64,000 bases of DNA from NCBI GenBank assembly GCA_963828525.1, contig CAWHEP010000008.1:128001-192000 (forward strand), in the 5' to 3' direction. The stretch's first letter is position 1. The number at the start of each line of letters is the position of its first letter. This document shows, piece after piece, positions 49,857 through 61,200 of this stretch. The position numbers and the translations under genes were made by a program. The DNA comes from an uncultured Verrucomicrobiae bacterium. GTDB lineage: Bacteria; Verrucomicrobiota; Verrucomicrobiia; Chthoniobacterales; Chthoniobacteraceae. The notes under the pieces are model-generated. The model searched no databases and was not told the origin of the DNA. It saw only the letters and a program-made list of their open reading frames with translations.

Positions 49857-52800
49857 TCAAACGCCTGCAACGATATCGCGTGAATGGAATCGTTCCCAGT
49901 CACCTCCCTCGCAACAGACCTCGAGTTCCAGGCGAGAGTGGCCTTGCGGGAACACAACGGGAATTCGGAACCCGCTAAATTCCGCGCCGGGCGCGTCGCC
50001 CATCGCCTTGGCAACATCGGCCCGGAACAGGCCGAATGTTGCTTCGAACACCTTTTCTCCCACCCGGGCGCGCACTCCTTCAACCTTCGTGCCGCTGGAA
50101 ACGCAACACCATCCCTCCACGCGCGCCTCGCGGGATGCGCTGATGGGATCGGGCGAGGATTCGATGGAGTAAAGCACCTTTCTTTGAACGCGCTGTTCAG
50201 GAGCGCTCCCGTTTAGTCTCTTCCTCAGATGCGATTCCATCTTCCGCCAGGGTGTAACTGCTTTCCATGTCACGCTGCGCTTGATCGAGTCGAGTTCCTT
50301 CTTTTTTAAGTCCAATTTGTGCCTTGTCTCGCGCATCCGGGAACGAACTTGAGCCAATTCACCATTACTCGCCTCGATGAGCAGCTTGAGCGCGGCGGCT
50401 TCGGCGATCGCCCTCGTTTCCTGCCTTTTTGCGTTCCGAGCTTCTTGTCCCATCTGTTCGCAGCGTTCATCCTGCATGCGCTTCTCCTCCCGCGCGAGAT
50501 CGCGCTCGCGCTCCAAACGCGCCAGATCAGCGCCGAGCTTGTGGGTATGGGTCACCATCTCCTCGAATAAAGCCGAAACGCGCGTCAACTCCGTTTCCAA
50601 TTCATCTTTCTCCCGGTCCACGGAAGCCTTGATCCTCACATCGCGCGCCGTCTCTTCGGGCCGCTCGGACAAAGCCTGACGAATGGCTGAGATGTCATCC
50701 GTGATCTTTAAGAAGATCTCCACGCAAAGCGGCTTCTCCTGAGCGTCTGCGGGAAGACGAAATTTCAGAACAGGAGCATCTCCACATATAAGGACACGGA
50801 AGACACGAGAGCGCGGAATATGCGCCGCAGTCCCTGCGACACCAAAGTCCCCGATAGCCCTTGAGGGTAGAGACCATGAAACCCGGCGCGAACGGGCATC
50901 TCGCGCGCATACTCCCGCAACATCCACAATGCCAATGATGCCGGGCAACTCCAGGATGAACATCCCCTTCACGCCGGAAGGCGCCTCAAAGCGAAGACGC
51001 TGCCATTTCCGCGAAGCGCATCCGGCTTTGCCGACCAGCGACCCGGATTCATTGTACCCGCGAGCCTCAGCCGCCTGACGCAAGGGTTTTCTATTTAGAC
51101 GTTCCTTGAGGAGTGTTGTTTCGAACTCAGAGGCCAGCTTCCATAGCTCCGCAGTCTCAGAGTCAAATCGCGTCTGTACCTCTCGAACGGATGCCGCAGC
51201 CCGGGCTGCCTGCGCTTCAGCTTCCCGCAGGCGCGTATTCACCTCTTGACACGCCCTTCGAATCGCGGATGGCGAATCATCCGCGCGAAGCCAGATTTCC
51301 AGTGTTACGGAGCCGTTGAACTCCGGGGCGTCGAGCTTCGGAAGTTTTACGCGCGGATCGTCAGCGAAATTAACCAGCTTTAGGAGGCGCGGATGCGGAA
51401 CCTCATAGAGAGTTCCCTCCAGTGTTACCCCGCGCAGCCTCGGCATGGCCCGCGCTCGCCACATTATCCTCCCCGTAGTTGAAGATCGGACCGTGATGGC
51501 GGCGATCTCAACCACTCCTGGGGCCCGGGAGAGTTTGATACCGATTCGCCGTTTAGCGATTCCATCAGGGATGCAAAAGCAAGCCTTTCGCCAGGACCGA
51601 AAAGGAATGTGATTCTGGAAACCGGGGCATTCAACATCGCGCCCCTCCTCCAATACGAGCAACTCCACTGGATTATCACTCGGCAAAGGCGGGAACGCAT
51701 GACTAACGTCCACTTTCTTCTTCCGCGAGCTCTCACCTCCCATTGCCGCGCGGATCACATCGAGTGACGTGTCGATCTTAATCCACGCTTCGAGGGCGAT
51801 AGGCTGCTCAAATTCTTCGCCTTCAAACTTCCCAAGGAGTATCTGTGGGTCGTTCCCGACGTTTAGTATCCTTAAGAGTCTCTCATGTGGCAGCGGCAAA
51901 GCCGTGCCGGCCACTACAAGCTTTTCCAACGCATCACGATCGCGCGAGCGCCACAGGATCCTTCCGGTTTCGAGCGCTCGCATCGTGATGCCGGCTATCT
52001 CGATAAGGCCGGGATCAGATGAGGGATCAAGGCGCAAGACATTGTTCCTGACCCCTGGATCCAATTCAAAACGAACTCTGTTCCACGCTCCGAAATCGCA
52101 TGTCGCATTTAAGGACATCTCCTCCCTAAACGCCTCGTTTTCCGAAAAGAAGAGCATGGCAAGATTTCGCCCTTTTGGCGAACGGAGCGCAGCCGTCTCT
52201 CCAACTTCGAGCAAGTCATCACCCCCCAACCCTTTGGACTCGATTTGCGCGATCCTTCTGTCTTTTTCCGCGATTATGGCCTTCAGCTTGTCAACCTCGG
52301 GCCAAAGAAGCTCGTGCTCCATGGCGCCGACATCAATCTGCTTCATTGTTCCAGCCTTAGGCAAAGGATTGACATGTCCAGCTTCTGGGTCAATCCATCC
52401 TGCTTCTTCACACATGCTCTCGTAGAGCATGATGATGTCCTGCGCCACACAAACATCAGTTAACTTTCGCATTCCGGTTCGGTGATGGCGAAGGTCTTCT
52501 TTCACATACCCGGCGGCGATTCCCACCTCCTGCGTCGAAGGAGCCAGACCTAAAAAATCCGCGAGCCTTTGTATCTCCTCAATCGGATGCGCGATCATCT
52601 GCTCATAGTGCGTCACGATCCGCTGCTCCTGACCTACGGATTCGAGCAAACGCTCATTATAGGTTTTCCACAGCGTCAGACCCAATGCATAGGACATGGA
52701 TCCGCGATGGCGGAGCGAGATCGCCACCTCCACAGGGTTCCTAAGGCAAATACAAACGCGACACTCTGGAAGCAGATCAAGCCAGAATGGCATCAGCAAG

Positions 52801-53138
52801 CTTGATCGGGGGTCCTTCCAACCCCACGGTTGCCTTGGACGCATATCCTCTATGAAAGCGCGCGCCCGGCTCAAGGGACGGCTTCCAGAGACGCGCTCGC
52901 GCCAATCATTCGGAAGCGGAGGAGGATTATCCCATCCTCCACCGAACTCGTTCAGAAGAGTCTCGTTCACGGTGACCGCAGAGCCATGCTCCCAATGTCC
53001 ATCCTGATTCCCTGAGTTCGCGGGAATAAGCTCCTCCTCGCGCCCCGGATACAAACCGCACGCGAAAAGGAGCCTCGCTGTCATCGAGGTTCCCGAGCGG
53101 TGCATCCCCGTGATGCACACGGGCGGCAGTTCGATCAT
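49857..53138 (-). CDS. Sulfotransferase-like domain + three tandem beta-rich repeats + coiled coil + C-terminal Ig-like domain
   Basis: ITGMHRSGTS, WGWKDPR, RNPVEVAISL; three alignable ~140-aa units; heptad region ending SVTWKAVTPWR; VEGW...RADVA...SGF tail. Confidence 0.75.
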   Translation of the reverse strand: MIELPPVCITGMHRSGTSMTARLLFACGLYPGREEELIPANSGNQDGHWEHGSAVTVNETLLNEFGGGWDNPPPLPNDWRERVSGSRPLSRARAFIEDMRPRQPWGWKDPRSSLLMPFWLDLLPECRVCICLRNPVEVAISLRHRGSMSYALGLTLWKTYNERLLESVGQEQRIVTHYEQMIAHPIEEIQRLADFLGLAPSTQEVGIAAGYVKEDLRHHRTGMRKLTDVCVAQDIIMLYESMCEEAGWIDPEAGHVNPLPKAGTMKQIDVGAMEHELLWPEVDKLKAIIAEKDRRIAQIESKGLGGDDLLEVGETAALRSPKGRNLAMLFFSENEAFREEMSLNATCDFGAWNRVRFELDPGVRNNVLRLDPSSDPGLIEIAGITMRALETGRILWRSRDRDALEKLVVAGTALPLPHERLLRILNVGNDPQILLGKFEGEEFEQPIALEAWIKIDTSLDVIRAAMGGESSRKKKVDVSHAFPPLPSDNPVELLVLEEGRDVECPGFQNHIPFRSWRKACFCIPDGIAKRRIGIKLSRAPGVVEIAAITVRSSTTGRIMWRARAMPRLRGVTLEGTLYEVPHPRLLKLVNFADDPRVKLPKLDAPEFNGSVTLEIWLRADDSPSAIRRACQEVNTRLREAEAQAARAAASVREVQTRFDSETAELWKLASEFETTLLKERLNRKPLRQAAEARGYNESGSLVGKAGCASRKWQRLRFEAPSGVKGMFILELPGIIGIVDVAGVCARDARSRRVSWSLPSRAIGDFGVAGTAAHIPRSRVFRVLICGDAPVLKFRLPADAQEKPLCVEIFLKITDDISAIRQALSERPEETARDVRIKASVDREKDELETELTRVSALFEEMVTHTHKLGADLARLERERDLAREEKRMQDERCEQMGQEARNAKRQETRAIAEAAALKLLIEASNGELAQVRSRMRETRHKLDLKKKELDSIKRSVTWKAVTPWRKMESHLRKRLNGSAPEQRVQRKVLYSIESSPDPISASREARVEGWCCVSSGTKVEGVRARVGEKVFEATFGLFRADVAKAMGDAPGAEFSGFRIPVVFPQGHSRLELEVCCEGGDWERFHSRDIVAGV

Positions 53139-53197
53139 TTCCCGGACAGTGCGGGATGCAGCCCCGCGTTGTCAATGGCGACCGAGCCACAACAAAG

Positions 53198-54316
53198 TCA
53201 GGCGATCTTCCGCGACGCGGTTTTGCCGACGCCGCTTTTTGCGAGCTTCCCTTCCAAAAACATCAAGACAGCGGCTTCTTCCGGTTTGAGACGGGACAAC
53301 TCTCTGGACATTTTTTCCTCGCCCCGCTGACGGAGCGTATCGATCAAAGAGCCTTCCATGTATGAATTCACCACCTCGGGATGCACATAGCACTTGCGAC
53401 AAATCGCAGGGGTATTTCCCAGCATGCGGGAAACAGCCTCAATGGCTGCGGTTACGTTGCACTTCGCCTCTTTCGAACTGGTGAATTTTTCAAATTCCTT
53501 CAGCGCCACCATGGCCAGCACGGTCGCAGTCCATGTTCGGAAATCTTTGGCGGTGCAATCCTCGCCACACTGTTCACGGAGGTATGTGTTCACATCGCCG
53601 GAATCCACCGACCGAATCGCGCCTTCTTCATCGACGTACTCGAACAACTCGTGGCCCGGCAGGTCCTGGCATCGCTTCACAATTCTCGCCAACTGAGGAT
53701 CACGCACATCGATCGCGTGGTATTTTCCGCTTTTACCCTTGAACTCAAAATGGATCTTCGAAGACGAAACCTTCACATGCCGGTTCCTCATGGTCGTGAG
53801 CCCGAATGATTTATTCTCCTTTGCGTATTCTTCGTTGCCAATGCGAATCAGCGTCGTTTCAAGGAGTCGAACAATGGTGGCAAGGACCTTTTCGCGGGGC
53901 ATTCCGGACTTCGCAAGATCACGCTGCACACGCCCGCGGATCTTGGGGAGCGCCTTCCCGAACGTGATCATTCTCTCGAATTTGGTTTGATCACGCGCCT
54001 CGCGCCAGCGCGCATGGTAGCGGTATTGTTTTCGACCTCGGGCGTCCCGCCCGCTTGCCTGGAGATGCCCATTTTCGAAGCGGCAAATCCACACGTCATC
54101 CCAGGCAGGCGGAATACCGAGTCGCTGAATGCGAATTACTTCGTTGTGATCCGTGATTCGCTTGCCCTCAGGATCAATGTAGATGAATTTTTTGCCTCGC
54201 CTGCGCCGACTCACGCCGGGCTTTGCATCAGTGACATATCGAAGACCCGCTTCCTTTGCGGAGTGGACGGATTCAGCCACGAGCCCAGCGGCGGTAGTCG
54301 GATTTTTCACGTTCAC
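53198..54316 (-). CDS. Bacterial DNA topoisomerase IB
   Basis: IPPAW.DVWI, GRKQYRYH, IRIGNEEY, FKGKSG, TAKDFRTW, LGNTPAICRKCYVHP (catalytic Tyr). Confidence 0.93.
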   Translation of the reverse strand: MNVKNPTTAAGLVAESVHSAKEAGLRYVTDAKPGVSRRRRGKKFIYIDPEGKRITDHNEVIRIQRLGIPPAWDDVWICRFENGHLQASGRDARGRKQYRYHARWREARDQTKFERMITFGKALPKIRGRVQRDLAKSGMPREKVLATIVRLLETTLIRIGNEEYAKENKSFGLTTMRNRHVKVSSSKIHFEFKGKSGKYHAIDVRDPQLARIVKRCQDLPGHELFEYVDEEGAIRSVDSGDVNTYLREQCGEDCTAKDFRTWTATVLAMVALKEFEKFTSSKEAKCNVTAAIEAVSRMLGNTPAICRKCYVHPEVVNSYMEGSLIDTLRQRGEEKMSRELSRLKPEEAAVLMFLEGKLAKSGVGKTASRKIA

Positions 54317-54413
54317 TCAAGAATCGTGCCGCCCCAATTTTTGCGCCTGCCCCCCGGGAGCGCCTTTCCTCTTGATCCGCGCGCGCGGAGACAAACGCGA
54401 AAAGCGGCGGGCG

Positions 54414-56006
54414 CTAGCGTTCGTTCCCGGTCTGCGTCATCCGCAAAACCCGCAAATACTGCGCGCGAAAGCCATCGCCCAATTCTTTCGCGAGGCGCGC
54501 TTGTTCGATCTTCCGCGGGGAGCGGAGGGCCTCGCGAATGCGACCCGACGCCTCCGCATACGCGACCGACCTCACGTCATGAAAAACGGCCAGGGCGGAG
54601 GGCGGGAAGCGCGCGTCAACAAGGGCGCGCCATGCAGCGCGTAACTCCTCGTGTGGCTGGATGCACATGCACCTTATAATAAAGCTCATCGGGAGAAAAA
54701 GCTGGCCAGTCCACGCGCTATCGTAATGGAACTCTCCTCCCGCTTCGTAGGGATCCACGCCGGGATCTGAACGGCAGTCGCGCTGCGACAGGCCGTATAA
54801 CTCGGGGCGGATTGGCAATCTCCGAAGCGCGTATTTTACTGGGCCACCAGGAGCGCCCTGCTTCCAGTTCCATAGCCGCTGGCCTTCCAGCGACAATACA
54901 AATTCCAGAAATTCGCCGGCCAGTTCCGGATGGGGAGCGCCTCTAAGCACTCCGATGGGATCCGCGCCGAAAGAGGATCCTCCCTGAGGCGTCACATATG
55001 TCAGGCGGGATCCCGCGGACGTTGATACAGCATCACTTTGCGCGCGCCCGTAAAAATCAATGCACATCCCAGCTGCGGCGTCTCCCATCGCCACATCCCA
55101 AGGCGTCTTTGTGGAGGAGTCGGTGAAGTAACGACCATTTCCCGCTATATCCTGGATGAGCCTCAATCCGCTGAGCCATCCCTGGGCAACGCCGGAATCC
55201 TTGTTTTGTTGAACCGCAGCTTGAATCTGTTGCTGGATTAACATCTCGAACGCCTTTGCTACTGAACCGCTTTGCGTTGGATCGCTCAGCGCCACCCTTC
55301 CAAACAAGCGTGGATCGCTGAGATCACTCCACTTTGCAGGAGGCGCCCCAATGCGCAAGGCGGCCAGCGCATCCGTGTTATAACAGATGCCGAAGGAGCC
55401 GAGACATGCACCTACCCATCGGCCTTTCACATCCCAGAACGGTTCACCCCCCAGCGTTTGTGGAATGCAGTTCGAACAAAAGATTTCGGGATGGCTTCGT
55501 ACCACGCCAGCGTCGACCAGCCTGCCGGCCGCGGCTTGCAGGCCAAAATCAAAACTGCCTCCGCCAAAGAACAGGTCAACACCACATCCTGCGCGTGAAT
55601 CCAGAAACGCCCGCCTGGCCGCCTGGCCTGGGGAGTCGCTCCCGGCATCCACCGCCGGCAAGATTCGCGGATTGTCGAAGGCGGATTGGACCTGCCCGCT
55701 CCACAGATGACCCAAGTCCCGCGTCCAGTGGTTTCGGAAAGAGGCGAGGTATTCTGAAGCGAGATAGCGCGAGATTTCGCTGGTTCCGCCCGGGGTTCTC
55801 CAGTCGATCCGCGCGCGCCTGCCCGTCTTCTTCAAGTGGGAGTCGGCGAAGGCGCGTTCGAACTCGAATCGCGTGGCTTCGTTGTGAGGGGTAATGACAA
55901 CGAGCGTTTCTTCCGCGGACGTGAACCTTTCACTTTTTGGCCGCAACAGGAGCGGCCCTGCCAGCAGGATCAAAAACGCTGCCGCGATAAGCGCGCTTCT
56001 AGACAT
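54414..56006 (-). CDS. ABC transporter substrate-binding protein (Fe3+/thiamine/polyamine cluster)
   Basis: VITPHNE, DLFFGGG, WSDLSDP, DPTQSGS, GMCIDFYG, ADPIGVLRGAP..EFVLS.EGQ. Confidence 0.82.
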   Translation of the reverse strand: MSRSALIAAAFLILLAGPLLLRPKSERFTSAEETLVVITPHNEATRFEFERAFADSHLKKTGRRARIDWRTPGGTSEISRYLASEYLASFRNHWTRDLGHLWSGQVQSAFDNPRILPAVDAGSDSPGQAARRAFLDSRAGCGVDLFFGGGSFDFGLQAAAGRLVDAGVVRSHPEIFCSNCIPQTLGGEPFWDVKGRWVGACLGSFGICYNTDALAALRIGAPPAKWSDLSDPRLFGRVALSDPTQSGSVAKAFEMLIQQQIQAAVQQNKDSGVAQGWLSGLRLIQDIAGNGRYFTDSSTKTPWDVAMGDAAAGMCIDFYGRAQSDAVSTSAGSRLTYVTPQGGSSFGADPIGVLRGAPHPELAGEFLEFVLSLEGQRLWNWKQGAPGGPVKYALRRLPIRPELYGLSQRDCRSDPGVDPYEAGGEFHYDSAWTGQLFLPMSFIIRCMCIQPHEELRAAWRALVDARFPPSALAVFHDVRSVAYAEASGRIREALRSPRKIEQARLAKELGDGFRAQYLRVLRMTQTGNER

Positions 56007-56009
56007 TGA

Positions 56010-57080
56010 TCACTCCGCGAGGATCAAAACGTCGCGCGGCGAGACCACGGCAAAAGCCGAGGTCTGAACGCCGCGCCCGGCAGCAGAGGGGTTGAGTTCA
56101 GCAATCCTGAGACTTGAGGACGCAGAGAGGAATCGATATTCGGCCATGCTGCCCGAGTAGATGGCTTCCCCGATCGTTCCAGCGATCGAGTTACAATCTG
56201 CCGAATGGTCCTGAAGTGTGAAACATTCGGGGCGAATCGACAGGAACACCTTGTCACCTTTTGACAATGGCGAAGCCCCGGGAGGCACCCTGCCGCTAAA
56301 TTTGCCAAGATCCGTGGCAACACAGGCGTTGCCTCCTTCCACGAAGTCAACCGTGCCCGCAATGAAGTTGCTGTCGCCAATAAAGTCTGCCACAAACCGG
56401 CTGAGGGGGGAGCGGTAAACCTGCTCCGGCGCGCCCACCTGGCGAATTTTCCCCTTCTCCATCACGGCGAGACGGTCCGCGACGGAAAGCGCCTCTTTCT
56501 GATCGTGTGTGACGTAGATAGAGGTCAGGCCAAACTTGCGGCAGATGCTCCTGATTTCCAGCCGCATCTCCGTCCGGAGTTTCGCGTCCAGGTTGGAGAG
56601 CGGTTCATCGAGCAAAAGACAGCGGGGTCTTACAACCAAGGCTCTTGCAAGCGCGACTCGCTGCTGTTGTCCGCCGGAGAGCTGATTTATGCGGCGATCC
56701 GCCAGTTCAGACATTTGGACAGAGGCAAGCGCTTCGGCGACACGCTGCCGGACCTCGCGGTTGGGCAGCCGCTGCTCTTCCAATCCAAACGACACATTGC
56801 CCCCAACCGTCTTATGAGGCCAGAGGGCGTAGTTCTGAAACACCATGCCCGTGTTACGGCGGTTCGGAGCTTCTGAAGTCACGTCCATCTCGCCGAAAAG
56901 AATCTTTCCCGAATCTGGGGCGCAGAATCCGGCAATGGATCGCAGCAGAGTCGTCTTGCCGCAACCGCTCGGGCCGAGAAGGAAAAATATTTCGCCAGCC
57001 CGAATTTCAAGGTCGATGTGGTCGAGCGCAAGGACCGATGCAAACCGCTTGGTTAGACCTTGTATCGTTACAGGCAGCAT
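56010..57080 (-). CDS. ABC transporter ATP-binding protein (PotA/FbpC-like)
   Basis: GPSGCGKTT, FQNYALWPH, LSGGQQQRVALARAL, LLDEPLSNLD, YVTHDQ, TOBE tail. Confidence 0.93.
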   Translation of the reverse strand: MLPVTIQGLTKRFASVLALDHIDLEIRAGEIFFLLGPSGCGKTTLLRSIAGFCAPDSGKILFGEMDVTSEAPNRRNTGMVFQNYALWPHKTVGGNVSFGLEEQRLPNREVRQRVAEALASVQMSELADRRINQLSGGQQQRVALARALVVRPRCLLLDEPLSNLDAKLRTEMRLEIRSICRKFGLTSIYVTHDQKEALSVADRLAVMEKGKIRQVGAPEQVYRSPLSRFVADFIGDSNFIAGTVDFVEGGNACVATDLGKFSGRVPPGASPLSKGDKVFLSIRPECFTLQDHSADCNSIAGTIGEAIYSGSMAEYRFLSASSSLRIAELNPSAAGRGVQTSAFAVVSPRDVLILAE

Positions 57081-57095
57081 CGGCTCTGTCGTGAC

Positions 57096-58055
57096 TTAGA
57101 GCCCGGACATTAGGGCGAATGTGGAGTCCGCGAATCCTGGCAGCTTTTCGTGTTCGAAATCCGGGAAGACAACTACTTCTTTCTCTGAGCGGATTTTGTT
57201 ATACGCGGCGAACTGAGTCGAGGGCGGGCACGTCTCATCCATTAATCCTACACCCATCAGCACGCGCGCCTGGATTCTGGGAGCAAAATGCTGCGCATCG
57301 ATGTACCCCAGCTTCGTAAAAATCTCCTGCTCGCGTTCGTGCCGGGGATCAAACATACGAAAGTGGTTTCGGAGTCCTTCGTAGGCCCGCTCGGCGAGAT
57401 CCAGTTCCCAGACCCGCTGGTAGTCACACAAAAAAGGATAGACAGGAGCAATGCGCCGGATCTCTGGAACTAACGCGGCACAGACTAGCGTGAGGGCTCC
57501 CCCTTGCGATCCGCCCATCGCTCCGACCCGATTGGCATCCACTTCCGGAAATTCCATTATTATGCCCGCGAGCTGAGCGGCATCCAAAAAAATTTGGCGG
57601 AAAGCCAGATTCGAGGGTTCCTCATCCAGTCCGCGAACCACGTGCCCCGACAGAGTGTTGCCGCGGGAGCCCCCAAGATCCTCGCTTAACCCGCCTTGTC
57701 CCCGGCAATCCAGCGAAGCTACCGAAAACCCCATCGCGACGTAATTGAGTTTGTCCGCCCAATCCCCGCTACTCCCGGTGTATCCGTGAAATTGAAGGAT
57801 GGCCGGGCGCGGCGCAAGCGAGCCCGCGGGCCTCAGATATTTCGCGTGAACCCTGCTCCCTCCGACGCCAGTGAAAAAGAGGTCGAAGCACTCCGCAAAC
57901 GGCGCGTGGAAGGCAGCCTTCCGCAGCTCGACGTTCGCATCGATCGCCCGCATTTCAGAAAGCGAGGTGTCCCAGAAAGCATCAAAGTCCGCTGGGCAAG
58001 GATTGATTCCGCGATACCGAAGCAACTCCGGCAGGGGCATATCGATCTTGGGCAT
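57096..58055 (-). CDS. Acetyl xylan esterase / cephalosporin-C deacetylase (CE7)
   Basis: PADFDAFW, FHGY, DCRGQGG, GGSQGG, DETCPPSTQFAAYN, HE. Confidence 0.92.
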   Translation of the reverse strand: MPKIDMPLPELLRYRGINPCPADFDAFWDTSLSEMRAIDANVELRKAAFHAPFAECFDLFFTGVGGSRVHAKYLRPAGSLAPRPAILQFHGYTGSSGDWADKLNYVAMGFSVASLDCRGQGGLSEDLGGSRGNTLSGHVVRGLDEEPSNLAFRQIFLDAAQLAGIIMEFPEVDANRVGAMGGSQGGALTLVCAALVPEIRRIAPVYPFLCDYQRVWELDLAERAYEGLRNHFRMFDPRHEREQEIFTKLGYIDAQHFAPRIQARVLMGVGLMDETCPPSTQFAAYNKIRSEKEVVVFPDFEHEKLPGFADSTFALMSGL

Positions 58056-58228
58056 GTCTTCTTATGACAGGGACGCCGCCGGCATCAACCCCGCCTTTGC
58101 TTAAAAAAGACAAAGCATTCAGAAAAGAGCAGTAAAGCAGCAGCGGGGCATCCCATCCACGAGCCGAATCCGACTTGAAACGAGACAATGTTTGCAGGCA
58201 TGCGCCTAAACAGTAATTTTACACCGCC

Positions 58229-61200
58229 GTGAACACCAGCAGCAGCAGTGATGTGGGTGGAAAAAGGAAGCATCCGTGGATCAAGCGGGTCTTCCAGGGA
58301 GCCGGTGTTCTTTTTCTGCTTCTGGTTCTGTTTCATCGTCCGATCCTGATCGCGATAATCCGGATCGCCGCGATAAAGGTTGCCGCGAGGCAGCATATCC
58401 GCCTGAACCTTGAGGTTGGCGGAACAGTCTTGGGAAGTCTAAGCCTGGAGAACGTGCATGGCAGGCCAGATGGGACTGGCCCCAGCCCTGTGGAGAAGGT
58501 CGATATCGACCTTGTGCGCGTGAATTACGACCTCATCTCCCTGGCGCGGAACGGAATTCAGAATTTCCTGCGCGGCTATGAGGTGAAGAATGTCAATATC
58601 ATCATCAAACCCGTCGCCGGGACTCCTTCGCAGAAGGAAGACCTTGGATCGACGCTTAGCAGTATTTTTCAGATTCCCGCTCTTTACACCGATCATATTG
58701 CCGTCGAGAACGTGAGCTTCATGCTGGACAATCCGGATGGCGCGCTCTCGGCGAGCGGCCTGACGTTAACTCTCGATACCGACAAGCCCGGGGTGTTCCA
58801 GATTACTGAGTTGCAGATTCCCCACTTCCGGACCTGGAATTCGCTCTCAGCCGTCACGAGCTATACGAATCGTGACCTGATCATATCAAATCTCGCTCTC
58901 GACAACGACGTGGTTGTGGATCGTGTCGAATTGGATGCCTCGAGGCGGCTCGAGAAGGTGAATCGCATCGCCCTTGAGAGCCATGTCTTCGGGGGTACCG
59001 CGAACCTTTCGCTTTTCCTGCATGAGCTGGGGAACAAGAAAGCGGACGCGAAGATCGAAGGCTCCGTCCAGGGTGTCTCGGTGTCGAAGCTGGACACGTA
59101 TCTCAAACAGCATTCTCTTCCGGCGGCGACCATTTCGAACGTATCGGTTAATATCGAAGGCGATCCTTACGCCCCTGCTTCGCTTAACGGCGCGGTGGAA
59201 GTAAAGCTGGATGACATCGCGCTTGATACGCTGCGCGTGGATTCTGTCACGGCTAGAGTTGTCGCGACCCAGAGCGTAGCGCGGGTGGAGTCCGCGAGGA
59301 TCAGCATTGGCACGAATGTTGTGGCGCTGGACGCCCGATGTGTTCTCCCGACGTCGCTGGATGACCCGTATACAGCGGATCTCGACGGGACTTTCAAAGT
59401 CGATGCCCCGGAACCCGCGCGCCTTTCTCCACAGATAACTCAAGGACGCGCGTCAGTGGAAGGCGCGTTCGGCATGCACAACCGCCTACTGACGACTCAA
59501 CTGAGCGGCACCGGGAGCGGGCTGAGCGTCGCGACGGCTTCCCTGTCGGCTTTCCAGATGCAGGCGAGCATTTCGAAGAAGATGCCGTTGCCGAAACAGC
59601 AGCAGACCTCGGCGCTGGAGGGTCTCCGCGCTCAAATAACGGCGGCCCTGGAAGCGGTGCAGGTGGGAGAATACGCCGTCGATGATGTGGGGTTGAAAGT
59701 GTCGAGCGAGGATAACCATCTCCGGGTTGAAAACGTGACTTTGAAACGCAAGGAGAACGCGATTGCGGCCAACGCCACCTATGATGTGCCGGCAGACAAC
59801 AAGTGGCTGGAAGCGCCGATGCATCTCGACTTCACTTTGACAGCCCCCAATCTGACCGCTTTTAACGCCGAGCCGGCGCTGAAGGGGATAAATGGGGTTA
59901 TAAACGCAAACGGCTCGCTCGCTTCGGTAAACGGGATCTACAATGGCGCGATCGGCGTCAAGGGATCGAAGTTTGCCTTTAACCAGTTCACCGCGGATTC
60001 GCTTGATATCGATGTGGCGGTCGTCAACAGCGTAGCGAACGTCCGCGCATTGAAGCTCGCGCTGAATCCTGTGGATCAGCTTGCGGCTTCCGCCAATGTC
60101 GATCTTCGCGCCCCATACCACTACAGCGGAGCGCTTGCCTTCAACATCAGGGATCTCGCGGTATTCTTACCGGTTCTGAAAGCTTCGGGCGTCAAGGACC
60201 CAGTTGCCGGTTCACTTGGAATCACATGGCAGGGATCCGGTGACGGCCAAGGCGCGCGCCATACAGGCAACCTCCAGTTGAAAATGCAGAACGGACAGTA
60301 TGGAGAGATCAAGCCGATCGATATCGCGGTAGGCGGATCTTACAGCCCGGAAATAATCAGCTTTCCGACCTTCCACATCAACACGAACCGGGGCAACCTC
60401 CAGGCGCGGATCGACCTAAAGGATTCGTTGCTCCAGATTCGGGACGTTCTCTTTCAACAGGGCACTGTGGGTTTGGTGTCCGGGTCTCTGCAGATCCCGC
60501 TCGATCTGCGGAATCCCAAGGATGTGAGTTCATTGCTTCCTTCAACGGGATCGGTTGCCGTGAATTTGGTGTCAAAAGACATCAAGATCGAACCTCTCCT
60601 GAAGCCGCTGCATGGAGACGCGCCGGCAAAAGGAACCGTTACAACGACCATCACGGCCAGTGGCAGCCTCGATCACCTTGCTGCTGATGTTCACGTTCAA
60701 GCTAGAGATTTGCAGGCGAAGGCAGCGGCAAAACTCGCCCCTGCGACATTCGATATGGACCTAAACCTGAAGGACGACCGGCTCGCGCTGAACGGGGTGT
60801 TGCGCCAGGCAAAGATAAGCCCTTTGGAGATCAAAGGATCAATCCCTCTTCCGGTGAAGAAGCTCGTTCAGGACAAAAAGATCGACGAGCAATCGCCTGT
60901 GCAGCTTTCAGTGAAGCTGGCCCGAACTCCCGCGGCCTTCATCAGCGACATTGTTCCCGCGATCCGCTTTGCCCAAGGCGATGTGAGCTTGGATGTCAAT
61001 GTAGGAGGGACTCTGGCTAAACCGGCGATGAGCGGCTCCGCCCTGCTTGATATACCCGCCATCCGTTTCCTCGCGCAAAATTTGCCGGCCATCAGCGGCT
61101 TCAAGGGCAACATCAGCTTTGCCGGGAACCGTCTCACCATTGCGCGACTCGGGGGTGATCTTTCAGGCGGTTCCTTCAACTTGAGCGGGGGCATTCAAAT

